Source of the DNA: Terriglobia bacterium
Lineage (GTDB): Bacteria > Acidobacteriota > Terriglobia > JAJPHL01 > JAPKYU01
Assembly: GCA_965223005.1 (NCBI GenBank)
Contig: CBDCVK010000010.1
Location: 288,001 to 352,000 of the forward strand
DNA length: 64,000 nucleotides
Direction: 5' to 3'
Position 1 is the first letter of the stretch, and every line of letters begins with the position of its first letter. The notes under the pieces are model-generated. The model searched no databases, had not been told where the DNA came from, and saw only the letters and a program-made list of their open reading frames with translations. Shown here piece after piece: positions 10,211-19,603 of the stretch. A program made the position numbers and the translations under genes.

Positions 10211-10441
10211 CTAGTCGCGGCCGGCTTGGCGGAACATTTCCAGGCTCCACTCACCGGCGCTGCGAAGGTGTTTCAGGATGTAGATGTTGGAATCTTCGGC
10301 GCGAACCTTGAAGTAAGCGTGGTCGGGACCGTACCAGCGGTCCATTACTTCCTCCACCTGAAAGGTGCGCCCCTGCAGGGTAAAGCGGGTGGGCCGTTGG
10401 TCCGCCTTGTAGCCGGAATAGCTCTCCACCTTCAGCTTCAT
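10211..10441 (-). CDS. Small conserved hypothetical protein
   Basis: VESYSGYKADQRP...VEEVMDRWYGPDHAYFKVRAEDSNIYIL; GAGGGG RBS upstream. Confidence 0.75.
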   Translation of the reverse strand: MKLKVESYSGYKADQRPTRFTLQGRTFQVEEVMDRWYGPDHAYFKVRAEDSNIYILKHLRSAGEWSLEMFRQAGRD

Positions 10442-10511
10442 GCCGCCCCTCACTTCTCATCATAACAGAAGCCTGCAGGCGGCACGATCGCTCCCGGAGC
10501 CACTTTGGTGC

Positions 10512-10817
10512 CTAGCCGTACTTCTTGACCGCTTTCTCGATGGCGGGCCCGGCCTTCTCGAGGTCCTTGGCAACCATCGCCGGGTGGAACTCGACGGCGG
10601 CATTGAACCCGATGAACCACGGCTCTGCTATGGCAGGTATCTGTGATGCGTCCTGAAGATCGACAACAAGCAGCGTCGTTCTCTTTCCATTCTCTTCGTA
10701 AAAATACGCTGCCTCGGGCTTCAGCTCTTCAAGGATTGACGGGACAGCTTTGAAACCGTCCCTTGCCGCTGCATTGCCTGCCTCCACGGGCCATGAAATC
10801 TTGATCAAGAATCGCAT
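10512..10817 (-). CDS. DUF3303/GYD-like small protein
   Basis: MRFLIKISWPVEAGN...KPEAAYF...G.RT...DASQIPAIAEPWF...VEFHPAM; GAGGAGG RBS. Confidence 0.75.
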   Translation of the reverse strand: MRFLIKISWPVEAGNAAARDGFKAVPSILEELKPEAAYFYEENGKRTTLLVVDLQDASQIPAIAEPWFIGFNAAVEFHPAMVAKDLEKAGPAIEKAVKKYG

Positions 10818-10937
10818 TCATCCCTCCTCAGAACTTTCAGTTTCGCCTCTTTGGGTGCACGAGTCTATGCTCATGCGCCTCCTCAGTGCAACCACGGGCC
10901 GCAGGATCGGGCCTTTGCCTGCTCGGGAGGCATTCGC

Positions 10938-11291
10938 TCAGACCCCCGCGGGAGAACTGCCCGGAGCCGCTGCTCCGGCAGTGAGCTCCAGGACCCGCTC
11001 CATCGGCACGGTAAGATCCTCCACTTCTCCGCCTTTCTCCAGCACTTCTTTCAGGTATCGCGCGGCGATCGCGCCCGCCTCTTCGTCGGTGAGGTCGCGC
11101 CCAGCGCGCCGCTTGTACTCGGTAAAAGCCACGTGTGGCAGCGCCACCGTGATACGTTTTCCGTTCACCAGGTAGCGGACGTCCACCGTGTCACTGTGGC
11201 GCAAGGAAATGGCGGTCTGAAGAAAAATGAAGGAGCAGTGATAGCGGGTGCCGCCTACCTGGGAAACACACTCAAAGTTTCTGTATTCCAT
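10938..11291 (-). CDS. Hypothetical protein
   Basis: Plausible start MEYRNF after GAGG; LQTAISLRHSDTVDV motif; protein-like composition. Confidence 0.65.
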   Translation of the reverse strand: MEYRNFECVSQVGGTRYHCSFIFLQTAISLRHSDTVDVRYLVNGKRITVALPHVAFTEYKRRAGRDLTDEEAGAIAARYLKEVLEKGGEVEDLTVPMERVLELTAGAAAPGSSPAGV

Positions 11292-11433
11292 CGTATGGCC
11301 TCTCGCCTCGCCGGGCCGTCCTGTCGCTCTCCCGTGCGTGCGCGGTGGTGAAGCAAGCGGACCCGGCCCATCGGATTCGAAGAATGCGTTCATGGTATAG
11401 TACAGATTTCCTGACCAGGAAGAGCCTTCGATT

Positions 11434-13311
11434 GTGCAGACCCGCCGGAAGGGCAGCAAAGGGCAGTCTTTGAGCAAGCGTAAGGAGAAAACCCGTGCCA
11501 GTCTCCGCGTAGCGGCTCGACGGGTTGGCCGGGTTGCCAAAACCACCGACCGCTATGTGGAGACCGTTTCCCGCGCCATCGAGAAGCTGGCTGGCACCGC
11601 CGACCCGGCAGTCCTGGTGACGGAACTGGCGCAAGCGTCGATAGACCACTTTGACGCGGTACTGGCCGAGGTGTGGGTCCCTGGCTTGCCTCACAAGGCG
11701 CCTCACGACGGCCCAGATAACGGCCCAGATAACCGATGGATTCGTCAAACCGTGCGGGCCCGCCGTGGCAAACCGCCGGAGCCCGACCCGATCCTGAGCC
11801 AACACTACGCGACTCTGGCCGGGCCCCAGGCCAGCCCACTGAAACGAGCCGGTAAGCAATTCCTGGCCTGGGCCCGCCGCAACGGCGCCAAATACGTGCT
11901 GGCCCAGCCGTTGCAGGTGAGCAATCGGCCTGCTGGATTGCTGGCCATATATTGCCGTAAGCAGCCACCTCCGGAAGCGCCGGGCTGGGCACAGGTTTAC
12001 GCAGCCATGACGGGCGCCACTCTGGACAGCGCGCGCGCCCTGAGCGAAAGCCGAAAGGCCATCACCCAACTCCAGTTTCTGGTGGAAGCCAGCCAGGTGC
12101 TGAATTCCACCTTGAATCTGGGCGATTTGCTGGACCTGATTCTGAACCTGGCCTGCAAGGAGACCAACGCCGACCGAGGCAGCGTTTTTCTGGTCGATCA
12201 GGATCGGAGGGAAGTCTGGACCATTGTAGCCCACGGCCTGGAGGAGCAGGAAATCCGGCTGGCCTTTGGACAGGGAGTGGCTGGCTATGTCGCCCAAACC
12301 GGCCAGACGCTGAACGTCGACGATGTGTACACCAGTCCCCATTTTGATCCCAGCTTCGACGAGAGGTTCCACTACCGAACCCAGAACCTGCTCTGCGCTC
12401 CCATTCGCAACCGCACCGGGGAGATTGTCGGTATCCTGCAATTGCTGAACAAAAGGGAAGGCCGCTTCGCCCGCGAAGACGAGGAATTTCTGAACACTCT
12501 TTCGGTGCACATGGCGCTGGCGCTGGAAAACGCCCGGCTGCACCGGGAGCTGCTGGAGAAGCAATGGCTGGAGCGGGAGCTGGCCCTGGCCCGCCGCATC
12601 CAGCGGGGCCTGCTTCCCGACGCACCGCCTGTGGTTCCCGGCTTCGACATCGCCGTGCTCAATGAACCCAGTCACGAAGTGGGTGGCGACTATTACGACT
12701 TCTTGACCCTGGGGCCTAACACGGTGCTGGTCGTGATAGCCGACGTGGAAGGCAAGGGTGTCACCTCGGCTCTGACCATGTCCAACCTGCAGGCCACCTT
12801 ACGAGCACTGGTGATGCACCTGCACTCGCTGGAAGTCATCACTCTCTCGCTGAATGAGATGATTCTGGCCGGCACCCACGCCGAGAAGTTTCTGAGTATC
12901 TTCCTGGGCCTGGTGGACACGCGCAGGACAGGCCTGCACTACATCAACGCGGGCCACATTCCGCCCATCGTGGTGCGCGCCAATGGGGAAGTATTGAAGT
13001 TGGAAGAGGGGGGGACGTTGATTGGTCTGTTCGATGCCGCCGAATACAAGCGGGCCTCGTTGAAGCTCCTGCCCGGCGACGTCCTGCTGTGCTGCACGGA
13101 CGGCATCACCAAGGCCCAGAACGCCGAGAAGGAAGAATTTGGTCTAGAACGGCTGGTGGAAGTGGCGCGGGCGCACCGCCACCTTTCCGCCCAGCAGATA
13201 GTGGACAAGGTGGCCCGTCAGGTCTCCTCCTTTGCCGGCGCCAGTACCCACTCGGACGACAAGGTCTTGATGGTGCTGAAACTGCTGAAAGACTCTAGTC
13301 CAGCGCCGTAG
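11434..13311 (+). CDS. GAF-domain PP2C/SpoIIE (RsbU-like) phosphatase
   Basis: GAF GQGVAGYVAQTG...DERFHYRTQNLLCAP...LLNK; PP2C motifs VGGDYYD, IADVEGKG, INAGH, TDGIT, DDK. Confidence 0.92.
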   Translation: MQTRRKGSKGQSLSKRKEKTRASLRVAARRVGRVAKTTDRYVETVSRAIEKLAGTADPAVLVTELAQASIDHFDAVLAEVWVPGLPHKAPHDGPDNGPDNRWIRQTVRARRGKPPEPDPILSQHYATLAGPQASPLKRAGKQFLAWARRNGAKYVLAQPLQVSNRPAGLLAIYCRKQPPPEAPGWAQVYAAMTGATLDSARALSESRKAITQLQFLVEASQVLNSTLNLGDLLDLILNLACKETNADRGSVFLVDQDRREVWTIVAHGLEEQEIRLAFGQGVAGYVAQTGQTLNVDDVYTSPHFDPSFDERFHYRTQNLLCAPIRNRTGEIVGILQLLNKREGRFAREDEEFLNTLSVHMALALENARLHRELLEKQWLERELALARRIQRGLLPDAPPVVPGFDIAVLNEPSHEVGGDYYDFLTLGPNTVLVVIADVEGKGVTSALTMSNLQATLRALVMHLHSLEVITLSLNEMILAGTHAEKFLSIFLGLVDTRRTGLHYINAGHIPPIVVRANGEVLKLEEGGTLIGLFDAAEYKRASLKLLPGDVLLCCTDGITKAQNAEKEEFGLERLVEVARAHRHLSAQQIVDKVARQVSSFAGASTHSDDKVLMVLKLLKDSSPAP

Positions 13312-13420
13312 CTACCCTCCCAAGTGTCATCAGCCAGCGATGCTTGCAGGGCGCGGGAGAGAAGCCAGACTCAACCAGTCCCGGCTGGCGCCGACGTGAC
13401 ACCGCACCGAGACAGCAGGA

Positions 13421-14608
13421 TTATCCTCTCACCGGTGCCTGCGCCAGCAGATGCTGGGCAGCAGCCACCCCTCGGCCGCCGGCGGTGAGGAATCCCTCTT
13501 CGTGCAGCAAGGTCTCCAGGGCACCCAGCAGCAGCAGGACATTCGACTCGCTGGAGGAACTACCCATCAGGCCGATGCGCCAGAGCCGCCCGCGGAAGCG
13601 GCCCAGTCCGCCGGCAATCTCAATGTTGTAGCGGCCCAGCAGTCGGGAGCGGATGCCCGCCTCGTCAAGCCCGTCCGGCACATGCACAGCGGCCAGTGTG
13701 GGCATGCGATGCTCGGCAGCGGGCAGCGCACGCAAGCCGAGAGCCTCCAGACCCCCCAACAGCGCTTCCATGTTTCGCTCGTGCCGTCTCCAACGCTCCT
13801 CCAGGCCTTCCTCTTCCACGAGCCGGAGCGCCTCGTCCAGAGCGTAGATCATGGAGATCGGCGCGGTGTGGTGGTAGGTGCGTTCGGCGCCCCAGTACTT
13901 TTGCACCATCGAGAGGTCCAGATACCAGCTCTGCACTTTGGTCTTGCGCCGTTGCAGCAGATCATTAGCCCGCGGGGAAAGAGTAATGGGAGCCAGGCCG
14001 GGTGGGCAGCTCAAGCACTTTTGCGAGCCGCTGTAGCACACATCAATTTCAGTGCCGTCAACCTCCACCGGCGCCCCGCCCAACGTGGCCACCGTATCCA
14101 CCACGAACAGAGTTCCGAACTGTCGGGCCAGACTCGCCAGGGGCTCCAATGGCTGGAGCACGCCCGTGGATGTCTCCCCATGCACAACGGCCAGCAGCTT
14201 CACTGGCCCAGAAGCCGACCGCAAGACCGCTTCCACGCGCGCCGGATCGGTGGCCGTCCCCCACTCCGTTTCCACGCGCAGCAGGCGCGCTCCGGTGCGC
14301 TCGGCGATGTCGCACATGCGCTCAGCAAACACTCCACCCGCGCAGATCACCACCGTGTCTGCTGGCTCAATGAAATTCACCAGTGCCGCTTCCATGCCCG
14401 CGCTGCCGGTTCCGGAAACCGGGATGGTCAACGGATTCGAGGTACGGAAGATACGTCGCAGCTTCTCCTGGACGTCGTCCATGATCTCCAGGAATTCCGG
14501 ATCCAGATGGCCAACGATGGGCGTGGTCAGCGCCCGGTATACCCGGTAGTCCACATTACTCGGTCCGGGGCCCATCAAAATTCTGTGCGGAGGTTCGAGC
14601 GTCTTCAT
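13421..14608 (-). CDS. Alanine-glyoxylate/serine-pyruvate aminotransferase (class V)
   Basis: LMGPGPS, SGTGSAGMEA, HGETSTG, VDTVATLGG, SGSQKCLSCPPG, YHHTAP, WRIGLMG. Confidence 0.93.
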   Translation of the reverse strand: MKTLEPPHRILMGPGPSNVDYRVYRALTTPIVGHLDPEFLEIMDDVQEKLRRIFRTSNPLTIPVSGTGSAGMEAALVNFIEPADTVVICAGGVFAERMCDIAERTGARLLRVETEWGTATDPARVEAVLRSASGPVKLLAVVHGETSTGVLQPLEPLASLARQFGTLFVVDTVATLGGAPVEVDGTEIDVCYSGSQKCLSCPPGLAPITLSPRANDLLQRRKTKVQSWYLDLSMVQKYWGAERTYHHTAPISMIYALDEALRLVEEEGLEERWRRHERNMEALLGGLEALGLRALPAAEHRMPTLAAVHVPDGLDEAGIRSRLLGRYNIEIAGGLGRFRGRLWRIGLMGSSSSESNVLLLLGALETLLHEEGFLTAGGRGVAAAQHLLAQAPVRG

Positions 14609-14865
14609 GATTCAGTAATGATCCTCAGTTGAGCTCCCGGGCCGAGCAGCTTGTGCCCTCGGAGCCAGTCTTCAAACTTTTGGTGCAGGAAGTCCAGATC
14701 CACGTTGAAACCCGCTTCCAGCCTGCCTTCCGCTGTCGGCAGCGTGTCCTCCAGGGCGCTCAGCCCGGTGAAGTGGCGCATGAAGAAGCGGTCCAGCCAC
14801 TCCAGCGGGCAAAGGCGGACGCCTGCATCTTCTTTAATTTCGATCCGGAGCCGCCGTGCAAACAT
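14605..14865 (-). CDS. Small hypothetical protein, translationally coupled to the aminotransferase
   Basis: 86-aa ORF (CPLEWLDRFFMRHFTG) whose TGA overlaps the next ATG (ATGA). Confidence 0.65.
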   Translation of the reverse strand: MFARRLRIEIKEDAGVRLCPLEWLDRFFMRHFTGLSALEDTLPTAEGRLEAGFNVDLDFLHQKFEDWLRGHKLLGPGAQLRIITES

Positions 14866-14969
14866 GACTGTCCCCGAGAGTATAGCAAACCGGATACCGT
14901 AGTGCGGTTTCTCCGCGATGTGGTACCATGCTCGGTTTAACCGACAGCAACGGGGGCGGCTCGACAAGG

Positions 14970-16580
14970 ATGAAAGAAACTCAAGCTTCAAAAGCAGCAG
15001 ACAGACTGGCCGAGCACGGCATTCTCCATCCCGGGCCAGTCCATTGGAATCTCCCTCCAGCCACGTTGGTGGAGCATGTGCTGGCACGTGGCGAGGGGCT
15101 ACTGGCCGACAACGGCGCGCTCGTGGCGCGCACGGGCCGCTATACCGGGCGCACTCCACGCGACAAATACGTGGTGCGCGATCCGTCCACCGAATCCCAT
15201 GTCGTCTGGGGTAACGTCAACCGACCCGTGGCTCCGGAGGTGTTTGACCGGCTGCACGCCCGAGTGCTGGCCTATCTGCAAGGGCGTGAACTGTTCGTGC
15301 AGGATTGCATGGGCGGCGCCGATCCCGACTACAGCCTTCCCCTGCGCGTCATCAACGAGCGGGCCTGGCACAACCTGTTCGCCCGGCAGTTGTTGTTGCC
15401 CATCTCCCCGGAGCAACAGGATACACACCGGCCGCAGTTCACTCTCCTTGCAGCTCCTGGATTCCAGGCCAACCCGGAACTGGATGGCACGGTCGCCGAG
15501 CCCTTCATCATGCTGAATTTTGCCCGCGGGCTGGTGCTGATCGGTGGCACCGAGTACGCCGGTGAGATGAAAAAGTCGGTCTTCACCATCCTGAATTACT
15601 TGCTGCCCTCTCGCGGCGTGCTTCCCATGCATTGCTCGGCCAATGTGGCCGCTGACGGCGAGGTGGCGTTGTTTTTCGGCCTTTCCGGGACCGGAAAGAC
15701 CACCCTTTCGGCCGACCCCGGCCGTCGTCTGGTCGGCGACGACGAGCATGGCTGGAGCGAGCGTGGCATCTTCAACTTCGAGGGCGGCTGCTATGCCAAG
15801 TGCATCCGGCTTTCTCAGGAGCACGAGCCGCAGATCTGGAACGCCATCCGTTTTGGCTCGGTGGTAGAAAACGTCGTGGTTGATGCAGAACGCCGCCTGA
15901 ACTACGACGATGACTCCATCACCGAAAACACTCGCGCCGCCTACCCCGTCGAGTTCATCCACAACGCTATGATCCCCGGTGTTGCCGGACATCCGCGCCA
16001 TGTCCTGTTTCTGACGGCCGACGCCTTCGGGGTCCTGCCGCCGGTCGCCCGCCTTACTCCCCAGCAAGCCATGTACCATTTCCTCTCCGGTTATACGGCC
16101 AAGGTCGCAGGAACCGAAGCGGGGATGGGCAGCGAGCCGCAGGCCACCTTCAGCACCTGTTTTGGCTCCCCGTTTCTGCCCCTGCGCCCTTCGGTCTACG
16201 CCAACATGCTCGGTGAAAAGATAGAGAAACACCGGGCCCAGGTGTGGCTGGTGAACACCGGCTGGACCGGCGGGCCGTCGGGCGTCGGCCAACGCATGCA
16301 CTTGCCTTACACGCGAGCTATCGTGGCAGCGGTGCTGGAAGGCGCTCTGGACAAAGGAAAATTCGACATTGAACCCGCCTTCGGCTTGGAGCTTCCCCGC
16401 ACCTGCCCCGGCGTTCCCCCTGAGCTGCTGAACCCACGGAATACCTGGAAAGACAAGACCGCCTACGATGCCAAGGCACGCGAGCTGGCCGGCCTCTTCT
16501 TGAAGAACTTCCAGCGGTTTTCCGATGCTCCGGCCGCGGTTCGCGAAGCCGGACCCCGCCTGGAAGTCGGCGTCCGCTAG
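14970..16580 (+). CDS. pckA: Phosphoenolpyruvate carboxykinase (ATP)
   Basis: [60 protein letters not shown]. Confidence 0.98.
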   Translation: MKETQASKAADRLAEHGILHPGPVHWNLPPATLVEHVLARGEGLLADNGALVARTGRYTGRTPRDKYVVRDPSTESHVVWGNVNRPVAPEVFDRLHARVLAYLQGRELFVQDCMGGADPDYSLPLRVINERAWHNLFARQLLLPISPEQQDTHRPQFTLLAAPGFQANPELDGTVAEPFIMLNFARGLVLIGGTEYAGEMKKSVFTILNYLLPSRGVLPMHCSANVAADGEVALFFGLSGTGKTTLSADPGRRLVGDDEHGWSERGIFNFEGGCYAKCIRLSQEHEPQIWNAIRFGSVVENVVVDAERRLNYDDDSITENTRAAYPVEFIHNAMIPGVAGHPRHVLFLTADAFGVLPPVARLTPQQAMYHFLSGYTAKVAGTEAGMGSEPQATFSTCFGSPFLPLRPSVYANMLGEKIEKHRAQVWLVNTGWTGGPSGVGQRMHLPYTRAIVAAVLEGALDKGKFDIEPAFGLELPRTCPGVPPELLNPRNTWKDKTAYDAKARELAGLFLKNFQRFSDAPAAVREAGPRLEVGVR

Positions 16581-16598
16581 GGGCGTCCGCTGTGGGCC

Positions 16599-16621
16599 GT
16601 AGCGGCAGGCTTCAGCCTGCC
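16599..16621 (+). repeat. REP-like element (GTAG plus hairpin GGCAGGCT-TC-AGCCTGCC)
   Basis: GTAGCGGCAGGCTTCAGCCTGCC; near-identical copy at 19201-19223. Confidence 0.7.
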
Positions 16622-16684
16622 AGGACCGCGACCCAAATGCGTATTACATTAATGGTTTCGCGAATTATGCAACAACGTCAGGTC

Positions 16685-17863
16685 ATGACCATCCGGATTC
16701 TGAGCGTAACCGTCGTCTTCACCACCCTCTTGATTTCCTGCGCCTGCTCCTCGCCGGAGAGCAGTCCCGAGGCCGAGGTCGGGGGCAAGTCCCACCCGAA
16801 ATGGGTGCGGCACGTCATTGCTGAGGGTTATGTCAACTTGACGGCGGTGGCGGCCGACTTCAGCGGCGACGGCCTGCCTGATGTCATCGTCAGCGCCGAG
16901 GCCAAGACGCGGCTGTACGTAGCTCCAGGCTGGCAGGAAGTTGTCCTGACGGACGGCAACCCGCCCCAAAGCGCCATCCACAGCGAGGTGATGGACGTGG
17001 ATGAGGACGGCGATCCTGACTACATTGGCGCGGTGTACAGCCCCGGGCCGGTATTCTGGTTGGAGCGACCGGAGAACCCGTTGAGCGATCCCTGGCCCTA
17101 TCGCGTGGTCGATGATGAGATCGACGGCACCCACGGTCTGATCGTCGGTGACATCGATGGGGATGGCAGAGGCGATCTGGTGGCCAACAGCGCGCAACCC
17201 AAGGGCCCGTTTCCGGAATCACTGGCCTGGTATGAGGTGCCGTCGAATCCTCGAAAGGCGGAGCGGTGGATCCGACATGTCTTTGCGGATCGCGACGCGC
17301 CCGGGCTCAGCCACTATATGGGCGTCGGCGACGTCAACGGTGATGGGAAAACCGATGTGGCCTCGGCGGCGAAGGTTCCCGAAGGGGGCAATTGGTTCGC
17401 TTGGTGGGAGCAGCCGGCCGACGGCAGCACGCCTTGGCCAAAGCATGTGCTAGCCGAACAGCAGGAAGGCGCCACGAACATCCTAATGGCTGAGATCAAC
17501 GGCGACGGTCGAACGGATTTCGTTGCCACCCGCGGTCATGGCAAGGGTGTGCTGTGGTTCGAAGCACCTTCCTACGCGATGCACGAGATCAACTCCGATC
17601 TCGAGGGGCCGCACAGTCTGGCGGTGGGCGACATCGACGGCGACGGCGATACGGATGCGGTCACCTGCGCGAGGGACAGCTTCATCGCCGCCTGGTTCGA
17701 GAATGATGGCAAAGGCGGTTTCCTTACTCACAACATTCACGAGGATCAGGCGGCCTATGACATTCGGCTCGTGGATATGGACAACGACGGCGACCTCGAT
17801 GTCTTGATCGCGGGCCAGAAGAGCAAGAACGTCGTCTGGTACGAGAATCGCCTGGCGGGTTAG
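16685..17863 (+). CDS. FG-GAP/VCBS-repeat beta-propeller, putative lipoprotein
   Basis: Repeated DxDGDGxxD motifs (ADFSGDGLPD, DVDEDGDPD, DIDGDGRGD, DVNGDGKTD, DMDNDGDLD); N-terminal hydrophobic stretch ending in Cys. Confidence 0.85.
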   Translation: MTIRILSVTVVFTTLLISCACSSPESSPEAEVGGKSHPKWVRHVIAEGYVNLTAVAADFSGDGLPDVIVSAEAKTRLYVAPGWQEVVLTDGNPPQSAIHSEVMDVDEDGDPDYIGAVYSPGPVFWLERPENPLSDPWPYRVVDDEIDGTHGLIVGDIDGDGRGDLVANSAQPKGPFPESLAWYEVPSNPRKAERWIRHVFADRDAPGLSHYMGVGDVNGDGKTDVASAAKVPEGGNWFAWWEQPADGSTPWPKHVLAEQQEGATNILMAEINGDGRTDFVATRGHGKGVLWFEAPSYAMHEINSDLEGPHSLAVGDIDGDGDTDAVTCARDSFIAAWFENDGKGGFLTHNIHEDQAAYDIRLVDMDNDGDLDVLIAGQKSKNVVWYENRLAG

Positions 17864-17956
17864 AGAAAACGACGCCGGACTTGATTGAGGCGTTTTATGG
17901 ATTAAGTGAACAATTAGAACCACGCTGCGCTTGCGGTTTTCCGCCATAAAACCCTA

Positions 17957-18483
17957 CTAGTGGCCAGCCAATCGTCGGAACTTCTGGGCCATTTGCTCGC
18001 ATCTTTGAGCAATCTGCTCATTGCTCCACCCTGAGATCGTGGTAACCAGGCCGTCCAACTGGTGAGGTCCGGCTCGTCAACTCCGGCTTTGCCGCGCTCA
18101 CCTTACCGCTGAGCAGGTAGACGGGCCCGGAATGTCGTTCCATCCATGCTCCCTTTGAGCAATCTGCTCATTGCTCCACCCTGAGAAGTCAAACTCCGGC
18201 TTTGCCGCGCTCACCTTAATTCCCACCGCAACCCTAGTGTCCTTCAGGCGGGGCAAGTGAAGTTCCTGAGTGTCCTGGTTCAACTCACCCAACAGCCGTG
18301 CCTCAAGCTCCAGCAACTTTTCCGCCATTACTTCTTTATGGAGCTTCAGACATAAGACACCTCCTCGTTACGTCATTAGGAACTGGTTGGCATTATCAGG
18401 TCAAACTCCGGCTTTGCCGCGCTCACCTTAATTCCCACCGCAACCCTAGTGTCCTGGTTCAACTCACCCAACAGCCGTGCCTC
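17957..18483. repeat. Mosaic of short duplicated fragments (scrambled region) over a small minus-strand ORF remnant
   Basis: AACTCCGGCTTTGCCGCGCTCACCTTA x3; CTTTGAGCAATCTGCTCATTGCTCCACCCTGAGA x2; GTCCTGGTTCAACTCACCCAACAGCCGTGCCTC x2; pieces copied from the DUF1772 gene and the IS. Confidence 0.8.
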
Positions 18484-18531
18484 GCGTTTCAGATGTGATA
18501 ATGAAAATTTCACTCCTGTTACATCCTGCCC

Positions 18532-19014
18532 TCAATGCAAGAGCGCGATGGTAAGTAATACCTCCGCCGCCAGCGCTGCTGCTGTCCGCACGTGGTTCCA
18601 GGCCGTCCAACTGGTGAGGTAGCTCGCCCACAGCCTGGCGCCATTGGCACTGGCCGGGTCCACGGCCGCCAGCACATTGTTTCGCGGTACATTGAATACT
18701 ATCGTCACCAGGATGGTGCCGATGAGATAGGCTAGACCACCGCTGAGCAGGTAGACGGCCCCGGCTTCGTTCCATCTCAACAGTGAGGAGACCGCGACCA
18801 AGACGCAAGCTGCGGCGGTCCCCAGGAAAGCCGCCATGAACCATGGATTGATCACCGTGATGTTGATGGACTGCATGGCGGCAATGCCCTGCGCCGACGG
18901 GACACGGGCCAGAGCCTTCATCACGAAGGTAGAGAAAGCAAAGAAGATTCCGGCCACCAGCCCGCAGCCCAGCGCCGAGAAAAGGGTCAAGGCGAAGAGC
19001 AAGTGGTCGATCAT
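18532..19014 (-). CDS. DUF1772/anthrone oxygenase family membrane protein
   Basis: GLVAGIFFAFSTFVMKAL...AMQSIN...VFNVPRNN...WTAWNHVRT. Confidence 0.88.
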   Translation of the reverse strand: MIDHLLFALTLFSALGCGLVAGIFFAFSTFVMKALARVPSAQGIAAMQSINITVINPWFMAAFLGTAAACVLVAVSSLLRWNEAGAVYLLSGGLAYLIGTILVTIVFNVPRNNVLAAVDPASANGARLWASYLTSWTAWNHVRTAAALAAEVLLTIALLH

Positions 19015-19200
19015 CTGGAGACTCCTCCCCAGACGCCGCTGCCGCCTAGGACGAGGGTTATATTCTGGTACGTTTTCATATCAACCTCCTCGGTTGAGCT
19101 AGGCTAAGCTATACGAAAGTTCCTTGATGTAACATCCAATCTGACACACGGGTCATGGACTACCTAGAAGTCAGCGTCGGCTAGGGGCAGCCACTGTGGT

Positions 19201-19255
19201 GTAGCGGCAAGCTTCAGCCTGCCAAGCCCCATGGCGGCCTAAAGGCCGCCGCTAT
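19201..19255. repeat. Inverted REP pair (REPIN-like)
   Basis: GTAGCGGCAAGCTTCAGCCTGCC followed by the oppositely oriented GGCGGCCTAAAGGCCGCCGCTAT. Confidence 0.65.
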
Positions 19256-19295
19256 GACAGCTCCTGGGGATTCAAAGCAGCCCCCTACTTCTAGG

Positions 19296-19564
19296 TGCAA
19301 CTTCTTTGCAACAAAAAAGCACTCCATTCGCCACCTCCGCCTTGACTGTGAAAGCTCCAGAGACTAGAATCTAGTTGAAACTTAGTTGCATCTAGAAGGG
19401 CTCGGCATGCAATTCGCTCCTGTACGGCATGCGCGTCTGGTCTTGTGTCCAGGAACCCTGGTCTCCCCCTCTCGATGTCGGCGATGCAGGGCTGATATGG
19501 ACTCGAAGCGGCGCGCAGTCGCAGTCAGCCCCGACATCTCGCAAGCAATTGAAATTTTATTGCA
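19296..19564. promoter_or_regulatory. Three 15-bp imperfect 7-1-7 palindromes (putative Fur-family operators) at 19296-19310, 19376-19390 and 19550-19564
   Basis: TGCAACTTCTTTGCA, TGAAACTTAGTTGCA, TGAAATTTTATTGCA; the second lies just downstream of the -10 box. Confidence 0.6.
19342..19370 (+). promoter_or_regulatory. sigma70-type promoter of the TonB-dependent receptor
   Basis: TTGACT-N17-TAGAAT. Confidence 0.75.
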
Positions 19565-19603
19565 ACTAGGCCGAGTTTCCTCCCTGAGAAGAACGCCTAC
19601 CGT

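Noticed and set aside
17957-18483. Possible CRISPR or degenerate repeat-spacer array
   Set aside because: Repeats are of several different sequences with irregular spacing, derive from nearby coding DNA, and no cas genes are present
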